A stretch of DNA of 64,000 nt from Calditrichota bacterium (GCA_008501765.1 QQUE01000002.1:244336-308335); one strand, 5' to 3'. Positions 44,847 through 54,646 are shown, numbered from the stretch's first letter. Numbers and translations: made by a program. The notes: generated by a model from the letters alone, not told the origin.

Positions 44847-47240
44847 CAGTTTTTCATTAACAATTTCCAGCGCCCGACGATAGAGCGGTTCCACGGTGGT
44901 CAAATCGCCTTTGTCCTGCAGCAATCCCGCCAGGTTGTTGAGATCAATTGCTACATCTGGATGATCCTGCCCCAATGCTTTTTCATCGATTTCTAGCGCC
45001 CGGCGGTAGAGCGGCTCCGCAGCGTTCAAATCGCCTTTGTCCTGCAGCAATCCCGCCAGATTGTTGAGCCTTAGAGCAACTTTCGGGTGATCCGGCCCCA
45101 ACGTTTTTTCACCTATTTCCAGCGCCCGGCGGTAGAGCGGCTCCGCGGCGGTCAATTCGCCTTTGGCCCGCAGCAATCCCGCCAGGTTGTTGAGCCTTAG
45201 AGCAATTTTCGGGTGATCCGGCCCCAATGTTTTTTCACCGATTTCCAGTGCCCGGCGGTAGAGCGGTTCCGCAGCGGTCAAATCGCCTTTGGCCCGCAGC
45301 AATCCTGCCAGGTTGTTGAGATCAATTGCTACATCGGGATGATCCTGCCCCAATGCGTTTTCATCGATTGCCAGCGCCCGGCGGTAGAGCGGCTCCGCCG
45401 CGATCAAATCGCCTTTGTCCTGCAGCAAATTCGCCAGGTTGTTGAGCCGAATGGCCACAGCCTCGTGTTCAAAGCCTCGCACTTTTTCGTCAATTTTCAG
45501 CGCCCGCCGGTAGAGCAGTTCTGCGGCGGCGTAGCGGGCCTGGCTCTGTAAAAAAAGTGCCATTTGATTTTGCAGGGTGGCGGTTTCTGTTAGCTGCAGA
45601 CCGTGGCGCGCAGCATGATCCGTCACACTCAATCCATGTGGTAAAAGCCTTTCACAATCTGGCCATGAACGGTAGTCCAGCGGATCCGTGTCTGAAGGAA
45701 AAACAGCATTTACCAATTCAACCGCTTTTTCAGCGATTGTCGCATATTTTTTCTCTGGCAAGCGATCGCGGGTCACGGCCTGCACCAGGCGGTGGCAGTT
45801 TAAATGATTGTCCTGCAAATCAATCAAAGCATAGCGCCGCAGCAAAGCCAAGGTTTCCTGCCATGCCAGCGGATCGGCCACTTTCTTTTGCAGACTGGCG
45901 GGCAGTTTGTCGCCCGCTGCGGTAAACAATTCCAGTGGAATATCTTGCGGCGCTAAAAAAGCGCATAAATTAAGCAATTCAATAGCAGCTTTATTTTCAT
46001 TTTTTAACTGCAGAAACGCCATTTCCCAGGCTGTGGCCACGGTTTCCGGGTAATCGGGTGGCTGGCCTTTTTTGAGCAATCTTTTCCGTTGGCCGGTAAA
46101 CAGTTTCAAATAAGCAGAAAAATCCAGGGCGCTGGCTTCCATGTACGCCGCTGCCTGTTCCAGCGCCAGCGGCAAATCGCCGAGGGCTTCAGCAACCTCA
46201 TGCGCCCCTTTTTCATCGTCGCAGCCGCTGCGCTGCCGCAGAAAAGCCACAGACTCGTCACGGTCGAGCACTTCCACGCTCAACGGCTGCGCCAATCCGC
46301 GCCAGTTGGGGCTGCGCGAGGTGAGAATCACGTGTCCGGCACCGCCCTGGGGCACAAACGGGCGCACGGCGTCGGCTTTTTCCACGTTGTCAAAAATCAG
46401 CAGCCAGCTCTGCGCACTGCCAAACCAGCGCAGCACAGCGTCTATTTTTGCATCCTGCTCGCGGGTGTCTTTTTCGGGCAGATCGAACCAATGTGCCAGC
46501 TCCGCTATTTCTCCGGCGAGCACCTGCGGTTCTTCAGCATTGAGCCAACAGATACAAGCGTATTCATTTTTGTGGCGGTGGGCGTATTCCAGGGCAATTT
46601 GCGTTTTGCCAATGCCGCCGAGTCCGTGTATCGCCTGCGGTTGGGTCACAGCGGCGTTTTTGCCGGCAGCCAGGGTGGTGTGCAAATCGGCTAAAATTTG
46701 TTCACGGCCGGTAAAATTGGGGTTGCGCAAAAAAGGCACTTTCCAAACCGGCGGCAGACTGCCGGGGAAACGGGGTTCGGGGCGTGATGCAGAAATTGTG
46801 GCCGGAAACGCTGGTTCCGTAGCTGGTTTGCCGCGTGCGTCAGTTAGCGCCTTGTCTATTTCATGCAGCAAAAAATCACAAGCATCTGAATTATTTTTTC
46901 CAACCAGATCGATATAAACGATGGCTTTTAGCATTCCTTTAAGTTCACATTTCTCAATGCACACAGGCAGAAGTTTTCTGTCCGTCCCGGTGGGATCATC
47001 CGCAAATGCAGCGGCCCATTCTGGCTGGGTGTAAATGGCGTTGAGAAAATGAGGTGATAAAACAGCGACCGTGCGGCGCGCTTCGGTGGCTGCCCTCTGC
47101 ATTTCGAGTACAAAATTGCTGCCTGCATGAAAATCCCATGCCTGGATAATTAATGAATAATCCGCTTTTTCAAGTTGCCAGGCAATCCATTCGGCCCACG
47201 CCTTGTCCGCGCGGGTGTAACTGATAAAAAAATCTTTCAC
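44769..47240 (-). CDS. TIR-NB-ARC-TPR STAND NTPase (bacterial NLR-like; candidate antiphage defence protein)
   Basis: N-terminal TIR_2-type domain (FISYTRADKAWAEWIAWQLEKADYSLIIQAWDF…NFVLEMQRA…TVAVLSPHFLNAIYTQPEWAAAF). NB-ARC P-loop GLGGIGKTQIALEYA, Walker B LLIFDNVE, VILTSR and GDLPLAL (GLPL) motifs. A C-terminal array of at least 7 near-identical 42-aa TPR repeats (…AAEPLYRRALEIGEKTLGPDHPKIALRLNNLAGLLRAKGELT…). Confidence 0.9.
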   Translation of the reverse strand: MKDFFISYTRADKAWAEWIAWQLEKADYSLIIQAWDFHAGSNFVLEMQRAATEARRTVAVLSPHFLNAIYTQPEWAAAFADDPTGTDRKLLPVCIEKCELKGMLKAIVYIDLVGKNNSDACDFLLHEIDKALTDARGKPATEPAFPATISASRPEPRFPGSLPPVWKVPFLRNPNFTGREQILADLHTTLAAGKNAAVTQPQAIHGLGGIGKTQIALEYAHRHKNEYACICWLNAEEPQVLAGEIAELAHWFDLPEKDTREQDAKIDAVLRWFGSAQSWLLIFDNVEKADAVRPFVPQGGAGHVILTSRSPNWRGLAQPLSVEVLDRDESVAFLRQRSGCDDEKGAHEVAEALGDLPLALEQAAAYMEASALDFSAYLKLFTGQRKRLLKKGQPPDYPETVATAWEMAFLQLKNENKAAIELLNLCAFLAPQDIPLELFTAAGDKLPASLQKKVADPLAWQETLALLRRYALIDLQDNHLNCHRLVQAVTRDRLPEKKYATIAEKAVELVNAVFPSDTDPLDYRSWPDCERLLPHGLSVTDHAARHGLQLTETATLQNQMALFLQSQARYAAAELLYRRALKIDEKVRGFEHEAVAIRLNNLANLLQDKGDLIAAEPLYRRALAIDENALGQDHPDVAIDLNNLAGLLRAKGDLTAAEPLYRRALEIGEKTLGPDHPKIALRLNNLAGLLRAKGELTAAEPLYRRALEIGEKTLGPDHPKVALRLNNLAGLLQDKGDLNAAEPLYRRALEIDEKALGQDHPDVAIDLNNLAGLLQDKGDLTTVEPLYRRALEIVNEKLGADHPSTQTVQRNLQSLLGKIKGGK
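44855..45560. repeat. Intragenic 126-bp near-identical tandem DNA repeats encoding the TPR units
   Basis: A repeating block (…CAGCGCCCGGCGGTAGAGCGGCTCCGCRGCGGTCAAWTCGCCTTTGKCCYGCAGCAATCCCGCCAGGTTGTTGAG…) is visible about 5-6 times. The same periodicity appears in the antisense ORF translations. Confidence 0.8.
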
Positions 47241-47267
47241 GTGATCTCCCCAATCAATTTAAACTAA

Positions 47268-47534
47268 TGATTGTGACCCTAGCTCCGCTGTACTTAATCT
47301 AATTGCAAAATTTTTAATGTGTTGTGCATTTTCTTTTTTGCTTGATCAAAAAAGAAACAAAAAAATCAAGGCTGACGAAAAATCGGCTAAACTTTTTGAG
47401 AATTTCCTAAATCATTTTAAACTCGCTGCGCTCGAACAAAAAATGATTCTTAACGGAAATTCTCAAAAAGTTCTTAACGCCATTTTTCGAAGGCCGTTTA
47501 AGAAAAAGACCGCGGAGCTAAAGGCCTAATCAAT
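47268..47534 (+). mobile_element. MITE-like element, copy B (~267 bp), 25 bp upstream of the STAND gene start; TSD TAAACTAA/TAAACTAT
   Basis: Near-identical to the reverse complement of 4657-4943. Imperfect TIRs. 8-bp flanking direct repeat with 7/8 match. Confidence 0.7.
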
Positions 47535-47779
47535 TAAACTATTTCATCCATTCGCTGAGCCTGTTCAGCCTGGTCACAGAGCTTGCCGAAGTGCACACCT
47601 ACAAATATTGAGCAGCAAGATATCGAAAATTTTTCCCTTCGACACTTCGACTCGGCTCAGTGCAAGCACGCTCAGGGAGCGTAATTTACGAACGCAGAGA
47701 GTGCCTTCTAAATGCTGAGAGAGGGCAAGCCCTTTGTGGATTGCATCAGCATTGCATAAAGGCAATGCACTCCTTATTC

Positions 47780-48484
47780 TCACCGCCGCGCTGTTTGCAG
47801 CATTTTGGCGGCCCACTGCTGCAGCGGCAGCATGGTTTTACAAATATTGAGGCAGAAATCGATGATATCGGGTGAATAAAGTTCGGCTGGAACGGAATTT
47901 TCCCAAAACGCCGATACGCCGTTTAAGCGTAATAATTCTTCATACTTTGAATCAGCGTCAAAACCGCGGGGCACCCGCTTGTAGTGCGGCTGCTGCAGTT
48001 GCAAGTCGCTTTTGCGCACCGCGTCCAGAATTTTCAGCAATGCGTCGCCGTTGGCCGCTTTGTTCACATAATCGCGGTAAAACGGCAGCACCTCTTTACC
48101 AAAAATGTGGGAGCCCGAGCCCAGCATCAATTTGTCTTTGGTCAAACTGAAATAAAAGCCGGAATTTTCGACGCGGGATTTGCCAGTGCCCTGCCAGAAC
48201 CAGATGGCGAGATTGGTTTTGTAAGGCGTCTTGTTGGCGCTAAAACGGGTATCGCGGTAAATGCGAAACAGCGATTTGTTGACGCGCGGATCGGCATTGA
48301 TTTCCGGAATCCAAACTTTGAGTCTTTCACCCATCGCCACAATAAACTGCCGTGCCGGTGCGAGTACAAATTCTTCGTATTCCGATTTGTGCTCATCGAA
48401 CCACGGTTTGTTGTTATTCTCCGTGAGATCTGTTAAAAATGTGACCGCTTCTTTTGGAAATCCGGCAAAGTTTTGAGCTGGCAT
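47780..48484 (-). CDS. DUF2461 (TIGR02453) family protein
   Basis: FLTDLTENNNKPWFDEHKSEYEEFVLAPARQFIVAM… RFSANKTPYKTNLAIWF matches the conserved DUF2461 pattern (F…L..NN...WF..H...Y......P…DTRFS.DK.PYK). Confidence 0.65.
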   Translation of the reverse strand: MPAQNFAGFPKEAVTFLTDLTENNNKPWFDEHKSEYEEFVLAPARQFIVAMGERLKVWIPEINADPRVNKSLFRIYRDTRFSANKTPYKTNLAIWFWQGTGKSRVENSGFYFSLTKDKLMLGSGSHIFGKEVLPFYRDYVNKAANGDALLKILDAVRKSDLQLQQPHYKRVPRGFDADSKYEELLRLNGVSAFWENSVPAELYSPDIIDFCLNICKTMLPLQQWAAKMLQTARR

Positions 48485-48728
48485 AAACGACTCCCGATAG
48501 TGGGTAAAATTATAATTATCAATCTTCTCTCGTGCTTTAACATCTACAATATTTTCAAATTACACAAGGGAAAAACTTCTCAATGTGAAATTGGGGCTTT
48601 ATCACGTATCTCCTGCATTTCACGTCACCCTGACGGATTTCATCACAACAAGTGCTGTTTTTAACAGCATTCTATCGTTTAATGTTAGAATTAAAATGAA
48701 ACCCTGGCTTAGTCTAAAAAGGATTTGT

Positions 48729-51173
48729 ATGCGCGTTTTAAAAATTATTATCCCGGCACTGCTGATTCTGATCACTGCTTCAATCTCCAGTTTTGCACAA
48801 ACAGCATCAAACGTCAACATTAAAGGGTATGTGCAGGATGAAAAAACCGGCGAGACTTTGCCGTATGCCAATGTTACCTTGCTTGGCACTGAAATCGGCA
48901 CGTCAACCAACCAGCAGGGGTATTTTGTGCTGGTCAATGTTCCTGCGGGTCCGTGCACGCTGCGGGTGCATTATATTGGCTACATAAAATCCGACATTCC
49001 TCTTGTCGCAGAGAAAAATTCTCCTGCGATAGCAGTTAAAATGAAAGCGACCGTTCTGCAAGGGGATGAAGTTGTCGTTACCGCCGAAACATACGAAACC
49101 GTGCAAATAGCCAAAGGCATCAGCGAGTTGAAAATATCTCCACGCGGGCTTTCCAAATTGCCGTCGGTTGGCGAAGTCGATATTTTTCGTTCGTTACAAC
49201 TTTTGCCCGGCATCAGTGCGGCAAACGATGGCTCCTCTGGCTTGTATATTCGCGGCGGAACCCCGGAGCAAAACCTGGTTCTCTTCGATGGCATGACAAT
49301 ATACAACGTCGATCATTTTTTTGGTTTTATCAGCGCCTTCAACGCCGATGCCGTGAAAGATGTGCGCGTCTTCAAGGGTGGATTCCCAGCCAAATATGGT
49401 GGCAGAACCTCCAGTGTTGTTGAGCTCACGGGAAAATCAGGCAGCTACGATGATGTGCACGCTGCCGGGAATATCAATTTGCTCAGTGGCAGTGGCGTGG
49501 TTCAGGTTCCTATGAAAGGAAAAGGTGCCTGGCTCACAACTTTCCGCCGGTCGTACGTCGATTTTTTAAACAGTGGCATGTATGATAAAATTTACGATGC
49601 TGTCAGCGGCAATAACAATGGCACCGATACCGATCAAACCAGCAGCAGCCAGCCAGGAGGCGGGCGCGGAATGGGTGGTCGTGGATTTGAGCAGGAAATG
49701 CTGGTGCCGGATTTTTATTACTATGATTTCAACAGCAAATTGACTTATTCGTTCACACCCAATGATATTCTCTCATTTAGCATTTATAATGGCAGAGATT
49801 TTCTCGACGAATCGCAGGATTTAGGTACGCGTACATTTGGCCCCAGCGCTGATCAGGGAGAAGATGTCAGTGCGAATATCAGCGATTTAACAGAATGGGG
49901 CAATTTGGCTGTAAGCGCAAAATATGCAAAAATTTGGAGTGACCGTTTTTACTCATCTTTTCACTCCAGCTATTCGAGTTATAACAGTTTAAGCTCAACC
50001 GGACGCAGTTTCCGAGGCGGCGACGAAAACACCTTGCGCGGCGGTTTTAGTTCAGACGAAGACAACGAAGTTGAGGACTACACATACCGCGTCGATAATG
50101 AATTTCAGCTCAGTTCCAATCACAAACTGGAATTTGGACTCGGACTCACACAAGCATCCACCTCGCTCAATTTTACCGCAAATGATACGCTTTCTATTCT
50201 CAACCGCAAAGGTACAGCCGATCAGTTCTCGTTTTATTTTCAAGATGATTTCAAGCTGACTCCCCTGTTGAATATTACCCTCGGATTGCGGGCTGTCGAT
50301 TATAGCCTGACAAACAAAAATTACTGGGAGCCGCGTGCTTCATTTAATTACAAAGTGACCGACAAAATCGATTTAAAGGGCGCCTGGGGATACTACAACC
50401 AGTTCATCAACCGTGTCGTCAATGAAAACATCCTGGAAGGCAACAGAGATTTTTGGCTCCTGGCTGATGAAGAACTCGATCCCAGCTTTGCCGAGCATTT
50501 TATCCTTGGCACAAGCTATGAGAACAGCAATTACATTTTTAGCGTGGAAGCTTATTTGAAAAACATGGACGGCGTGGCCGAATTTTCCCAGCGTTTTCGT
50601 CGTTCACCTGATATGGAACCCGAAGATTTGTTTTTTTTAGGAACCGGCGTCTCCAAAGGTTTTGAATTTTTGGCGCAAAAAAAACGTGGCCGGTTCAACG
50701 GCTGGCTGAGTTATACCTTGGCAAATGTTGAATATGAAATTGATATATTTAACGACGGTGATGCCTACCCCGCCGATCACGATCGCACCCATGAGTTTAA
50801 ATCCGTTGGAAGCTACAGTTGGGGCGATTGGACACTGGCCGCAACCTGGGTTTACGCTACGGGCGCGCCTTATACGGCACCTGAAAATCAGTACGCGATT
50901 GAACTCCTCGATGGCAATACGCGCAGTTATATTCACGTCGGTGATAAAAATACCAATCGCCTGCCCAATTACCACCGGTTGGATTTAAGCATGACAAAAG
51001 CGTTCAAAACAGAAAATTTGCGCTACGAGTTCGGGCTTTCGGTTTTCAATTTATATAATCATGACAATGTGTGGTATCGGGAATATGTGCTGGACACAAG
51101 CCCGATAATCGTTCGGGATGTGACGACCCTGGGTTTTACACCCTCTGTTAATTTTAAAATAAGTATGAAATAA
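48729..51173 (+). CDS. TonB-dependent outer-membrane receptor with N-terminal CarboxypepD_reg-like domain
   Basis: Signal peptide MRVLKIIIPALLILITASISSFAQ. CarbopepD_reg (NIKGYVQDEKTGETLPYANVTLLGTEIGTSTNQQGYFVLVNVPAGPCTLRVHYIGY). Plug domain (…DIFRSLQLLPGI…GLYIRGG…). Long beta-barrel with a C-terminal aromatic end. Confidence 0.85.
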   Translation: MRVLKIIIPALLILITASISSFAQTASNVNIKGYVQDEKTGETLPYANVTLLGTEIGTSTNQQGYFVLVNVPAGPCTLRVHYIGYIKSDIPLVAEKNSPAIAVKMKATVLQGDEVVVTAETYETVQIAKGISELKISPRGLSKLPSVGEVDIFRSLQLLPGISAANDGSSGLYIRGGTPEQNLVLFDGMTIYNVDHFFGFISAFNADAVKDVRVFKGGFPAKYGGRTSSVVELTGKSGSYDDVHAAGNINLLSGSGVVQVPMKGKGAWLTTFRRSYVDFLNSGMYDKIYDAVSGNNNGTDTDQTSSSQPGGGRGMGGRGFEQEMLVPDFYYYDFNSKLTYSFTPNDILSFSIYNGRDFLDESQDLGTRTFGPSADQGEDVSANISDLTEWGNLAVSAKYAKIWSDRFYSSFHSSYSSYNSLSSTGRSFRGGDENTLRGGFSSDEDNEVEDYTYRVDNEFQLSSNHKLEFGLGLTQASTSLNFTANDTLSILNRKGTADQFSFYFQDDFKLTPLLNITLGLRAVDYSLTNKNYWEPRASFNYKVTDKIDLKGAWGYYNQFINRVVNENILEGNRDFWLLADEELDPSFAEHFILGTSYENSNYIFSVEAYLKNMDGVAEFSQRFRRSPDMEPEDLFFLGTGVSKGFEFLAQKKRGRFNGWLSYTLANVEYEIDIFNDGDAYPADHDRTHEFKSVGSYSWGDWTLAATWVYATGAPYTAPENQYAIELLDGNTRSYIHVGDKNTNRLPNYHRLDLSMTKAFKTENLRYEFGLSVFNLYNHDNVWYREYVLDTSPIIVRDVTTLGFTPSVNFKISMK

Positions 51174-51194
51174 ATTTTTCAGGAGATAAATTCC

Positions 51195-52013
51195 ATGAAG
51201 AGATTCATTGCACTTTTATTGTCAGCAACTGCCATCATTTTTTGGAGTTGTGAAGAAGAGTCTCCGCTGCTTCCCGAGTCGGAGCTTGTGGTTGTACGGG
51301 CCTATATTTATGCCGATGAGCCGGTAACCGACGTGCAGATAGCCACAACTTATTCGATCACCTCCGAGGATACTGCTGGCCTGCCAATTAATGACGCCCT
51401 TGTATCGCTGGAAAAAAATGGCCAGATTTATACGCTGGTTCCATCTGCCGGAGACAGTGGCTTTTACCATTATCAGGGGGATGATTTGCAGGTGAATGTC
51501 GGCGATGAATTTGAAATCATCGTTGAATATGGCGGGGAGAGGATCACGGGAGAAACCATTGTGCCTTCGCCGCCGGTGAATGTCAGTATTTCCGCTGAAC
51601 AATATGTGATCGATACAAGCGTATTTGGTTTTCGTTCTGATACTTCGAGCGTGACAGTGAATTGGAATCAGGAAGATGATACCTATTATTTTATCGTTAT
51701 CGAAAACAAAGAGCCGACTCTCGTTCTGATTGACGAGAGATTCAGTGGCATGTTTAACGGGAATCGTTCTTTCAGGTCCCGACCTGTTCAGGAGGACGAA
51801 TATACAATACGCCGGCTTGATTTAACGTATCAGGGACTACACGAAGTACGGGTGTACAAAGTCAATCAGGAATATGCTGATCTTTATGAATTTGGTGTGC
51901 AAGACTCGCGCAATTTAAATGAACCCAAATCGAATATTAGTAACGGGCTGGGCGTATTTGCCGGATTTAGCAGCGCAGTGGTGCATTTTAATGTCGCGAC
52001 GAGTTCTGACTAA
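51195..52013 (+). CDS. DUF4249-like lipoprotein (typical partner of TonB-dependent receptors in FCB bacteria)
   Basis: Lipobox (IIFWSCEEES) and beta-rich 272-aa protein immediately downstream of the receptor gene. Confidence 0.5.
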   Translation: MKRFIALLLSATAIIFWSCEEESPLLPESELVVVRAYIYADEPVTDVQIATTYSITSEDTAGLPINDALVSLEKNGQIYTLVPSAGDSGFYHYQGDDLQVNVGDEFEIIVEYGGERITGETIVPSPPVNVSISAEQYVIDTSVFGFRSDTSSVTVNWNQEDDTYYFIVIENKEPTLVLIDERFSGMFNGNRSFRSRPVQEDEYTIRRLDLTYQGLHEVRVYKVNQEYADLYEFGVQDSRNLNEPKSNISNGLGVFAGFSSAVVHFNVATSSD

Positions 52014-52193
52014 TTCCAAAAAAACTATCGGTTAATTATGATCGATAAGAATTAAAAAAGTGAACTGAGAAATGAATAGATTCATGTCGGTGATAGAGAA
52101 TATTTTCAAATAAATTTTGCTGATGATGTAATTAACGCGAGTTCGATATAAAAAGAATTGGGACAAAACGAATTAATTATAGGATATAGTCCG

Positions 52194-52242
52194 AAGGCGT
52201 CCCGCCGAGGATAACGCACGAAACGCTCGGCGAGACGCCTTC
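52194..52242. other. Long GC-rich hairpin (17-bp stem, 1 mismatch) in AT-rich intergenic DNA
   Basis: GAAGGCGTCCCGCCGAG-gataacgcacgaaacg-CTCGGCGAGACGCCTTC. No flanking T-run. Possibly an sRNA or REP-like element. Confidence 0.45.
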
Positions 52243-52432
52243 GCTCTATTATAATTATGCTTGGTAAAGAATGTTACAGCTTACATCGAACTCACGTTAA
52301 TTATACTGGGAACAATAGATTTCATTGCGTCATAATCTGTTGTTTTTTATCTTGCATAAGTCTTATTCTAAAAGAATAACGTTACGGGAACGACTGGCAG
52401 CGCGCCAACAATAACTCAGATAGAAGGCCCCA

Positions 52433-53641
52433 TTGAATTCAAGTTCGCAGTCAAATGCTGAAATCAGCTCAATAAAGTCGAAATCCTTGCTCGTCTATTT
52501 GGGCATTTGGCTTGTTGTCAGCTTCATATTTTTTTTCGTGTTTCTGCCCAGCGATTTTGCCGCTGAGATGCAACGCCCACTACGCCATGTGCTGTTGCAG
52601 TTTTCCTTTTCGATAATTCTTGCCGGATTTTTGGCGCCGTTCATCATTCTGCTCAATGATTTTTTCCCATTCGAGATACACAAATTGTGGGTCATTATCG
52701 GGATGCATCTCATCGGGTTGGCCGTTTTCTCCCTGATTTATATCAACGCATTTCAGTACCTCATTGAGCATTACATTGGCTTTCCGGGACGCGGTTTTGG
52801 CGGCCGGATGCAACTCGGTCCACGGCCTTTTTTCGAGGGCAATTTTGCACAGAGTTTAATGCAAACCCGTTTATTTGTCAATGCGCTGCAACATATCTGG
52901 CAATCGGTCTTTTTTTACATTTTAATTCTCGGATTAAATTACAGTTTCAATTTTTACCGCAAATACCGCGAGCGCGAAATTCATGCGTCGCACCTGGAAT
53001 TGCAACTGATCAATTCGCAATTACGCGCCCTGAAAACTCAGTTGCAACCGCATTTTCTGTTTAATACCTTGCACACCCTCTCTTCATTAATTTACCAAGA
53101 TGTGCCAGCAGCCGACAAAATGATTCGGCAATTGAGCGATTTGCTGCGCCTGACATTAGACAGCACTGGCGATCAGGAAATACCAATTAAACGCGAGGTT
53201 GAACACCTGCAGCTCTATCTCGAAATCATGCAAATTCGTTTTCAGGACCGACTGCAGGTAAAATATGATATCGCTGCTGAGGCTGAAAACTCATTTATTC
53301 CGACACTTCTCCTGCAACCTCTTGTGGAAAATTGTATAAAACATGGATTGGAAGCATCGACACGTCAGGGGTTGGTTGAGATTTCTGTGCAAAAACAGGA
53401 AGAGAAAATTGTAATTTCGGTAATTGACAATGGCCCCGGTTTCACAGGGGATGCCAACGCTCTTTTTCAGAAAGGGGTAGGATTAGCGAATACGGCCGAC
53501 CGCCTGCAAAAACTCTACAGCAGCAACCATAAATTGGAGATCACTTCCAACGGCAATAATGGAACGAAAGTTTATATCGAATATCCATTTCACACTACAC
53601 CGTGGTTGAATAATTTAAGCTTCTATTCTTCAGGAGCTTAG
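52433..53641 (+). CDS. LytS/YehU-family sensor histidine kinase (5TM-like membrane region + His_kinase + HATPase_c)
   Basis: …QLQPHFLFNTLHTLSSLIYQD… (LytS-type H-box). C-terminal HATPase_c (…VIDNGPGF…GVGLANTADRL…). No LytTR regulator is adjacent. Confidence 0.8.
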   Translation: MNSSSQSNAEISSIKSKSLLVYLGIWLVVSFIFFFVFLPSDFAAEMQRPLRHVLLQFSFSIILAGFLAPFIILLNDFFPFEIHKLWVIIGMHLIGLAVFSLIYINAFQYLIEHYIGFPGRGFGGRMQLGPRPFFEGNFAQSLMQTRLFVNALQHIWQSVFFYILILGLNYSFNFYRKYREREIHASHLELQLINSQLRALKTQLQPHFLFNTLHTLSSLIYQDVPAADKMIRQLSDLLRLTLDSTGDQEIPIKREVEHLQLYLEIMQIRFQDRLQVKYDIAAEAENSFIPTLLLQPLVENCIKHGLEASTRQGLVEISVQKQEEKIVISVIDNGPGFTGDANALFQKGVGLANTADRLQKLYSSNHKLEITSNGNNGTKVYIEYPFHTTPWLNNLSFYSSGA

Positions 53642-53899
53642 GGCGATAATTCCTCGAGTTTTTTTTCACATTGAATAAAGAAAGTATTTTGCTTTGTCAA
53701 GCCTTAATTTGTGAGTTAACGATTATCAAATCATACCACCACGGCGGCTGAGACAGTTGAAGTCTGGCATTGTTAATGAAACAAGCCCGGACGCGTCGAC
53801 TCCGCTCAGCGTTCTTATTGCAGCACATACTAAGTCTTCACTTTTTTAGCATTGACAGTCCCCTATATCAGGTCACAACATGGGTTAATTGAGAATTTA

Positions 53900-54157
53900 T
53901 TAGCCAATAAGGAAGTGAAATACGTTCGCTATCACAGCTAAAACGCTGCAAGAAATTCCCAAATATTTTACCCCCAAAATTCTTTTCTCCAAAAATGAAA
54001 GCAGACTTGCCGCAATATACTGAAATATTCCCATCTCCAAATCATGTGCTGCAATTGAATAGCTAATTAAACATACCAAAAGAATTATTCCGAATAACGC
54101 CCATATAAAAAGTTTTACTTTCCCCCATATTGTAATGCCGCCTGCCACTGCAATCAC
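53900..54157 (-). CDS. Small hypothetical membrane protein
   Basis: 85 aa with two TM helices in an otherwise non-coding 1-kb interval. Weak support. Confidence 0.25.
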   Translation of the reverse strand: MIAVAGGITIWGKVKLFIWALFGIILLVCLISYSIAAHDLEMGIFQYIAASLLSFLEKRILGVKYLGISCSVLAVIANVFHFLIG

Positions 54158-54646
54158 CTCTCATCTCCGTGTTTTTTTACGATAGCCATTCATTTAATTC
54201 TCATAAATGTGGATCGTAATGCAAGCGGCATACCACATCATAAGTTATTGTTTTTATTAAAAAATAAATTATTTACTTTGGCTTAATACACCAGGACTTG
54301 GTGGAAAACACCATTTAATATGATGGCTATTTGAGGCAAAACTCAACAATGGACGGCAAGTCTAGCACAAATTATTTCATCTGATGAACCGGCCTTTTCA
54401 CCCCGAGGCGTTGATAGATCTCATCCGTTGTTACAGATAATCCTGCTAAATTGCGATTGTCATAAATTATGGGAATTTCCAAGATTAAGCATATTACTTG
54501 CAGATATCAATTTAAGTTAATATAATAAACAGGCTTATTCAGCCCAAAAGAGTGCGGATTATAATATGCAATTAATACAATTTCAAGCTTAACTTGAATT
54601 GTAATAGACGCATAAATTAGTATGAGCTGTCAACAAAGAGACCCAT

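Noticed and set aside
4657-47534. Composite transposon or genomic island bounded by the two inverted MITE copies
   Set aside because: The intervening 42 kb contains core genes (proS, era, rpmB, rpmG, glgP-like, fabI) and has no integrase or transposase. It is better explained as two independent MITE insertions.
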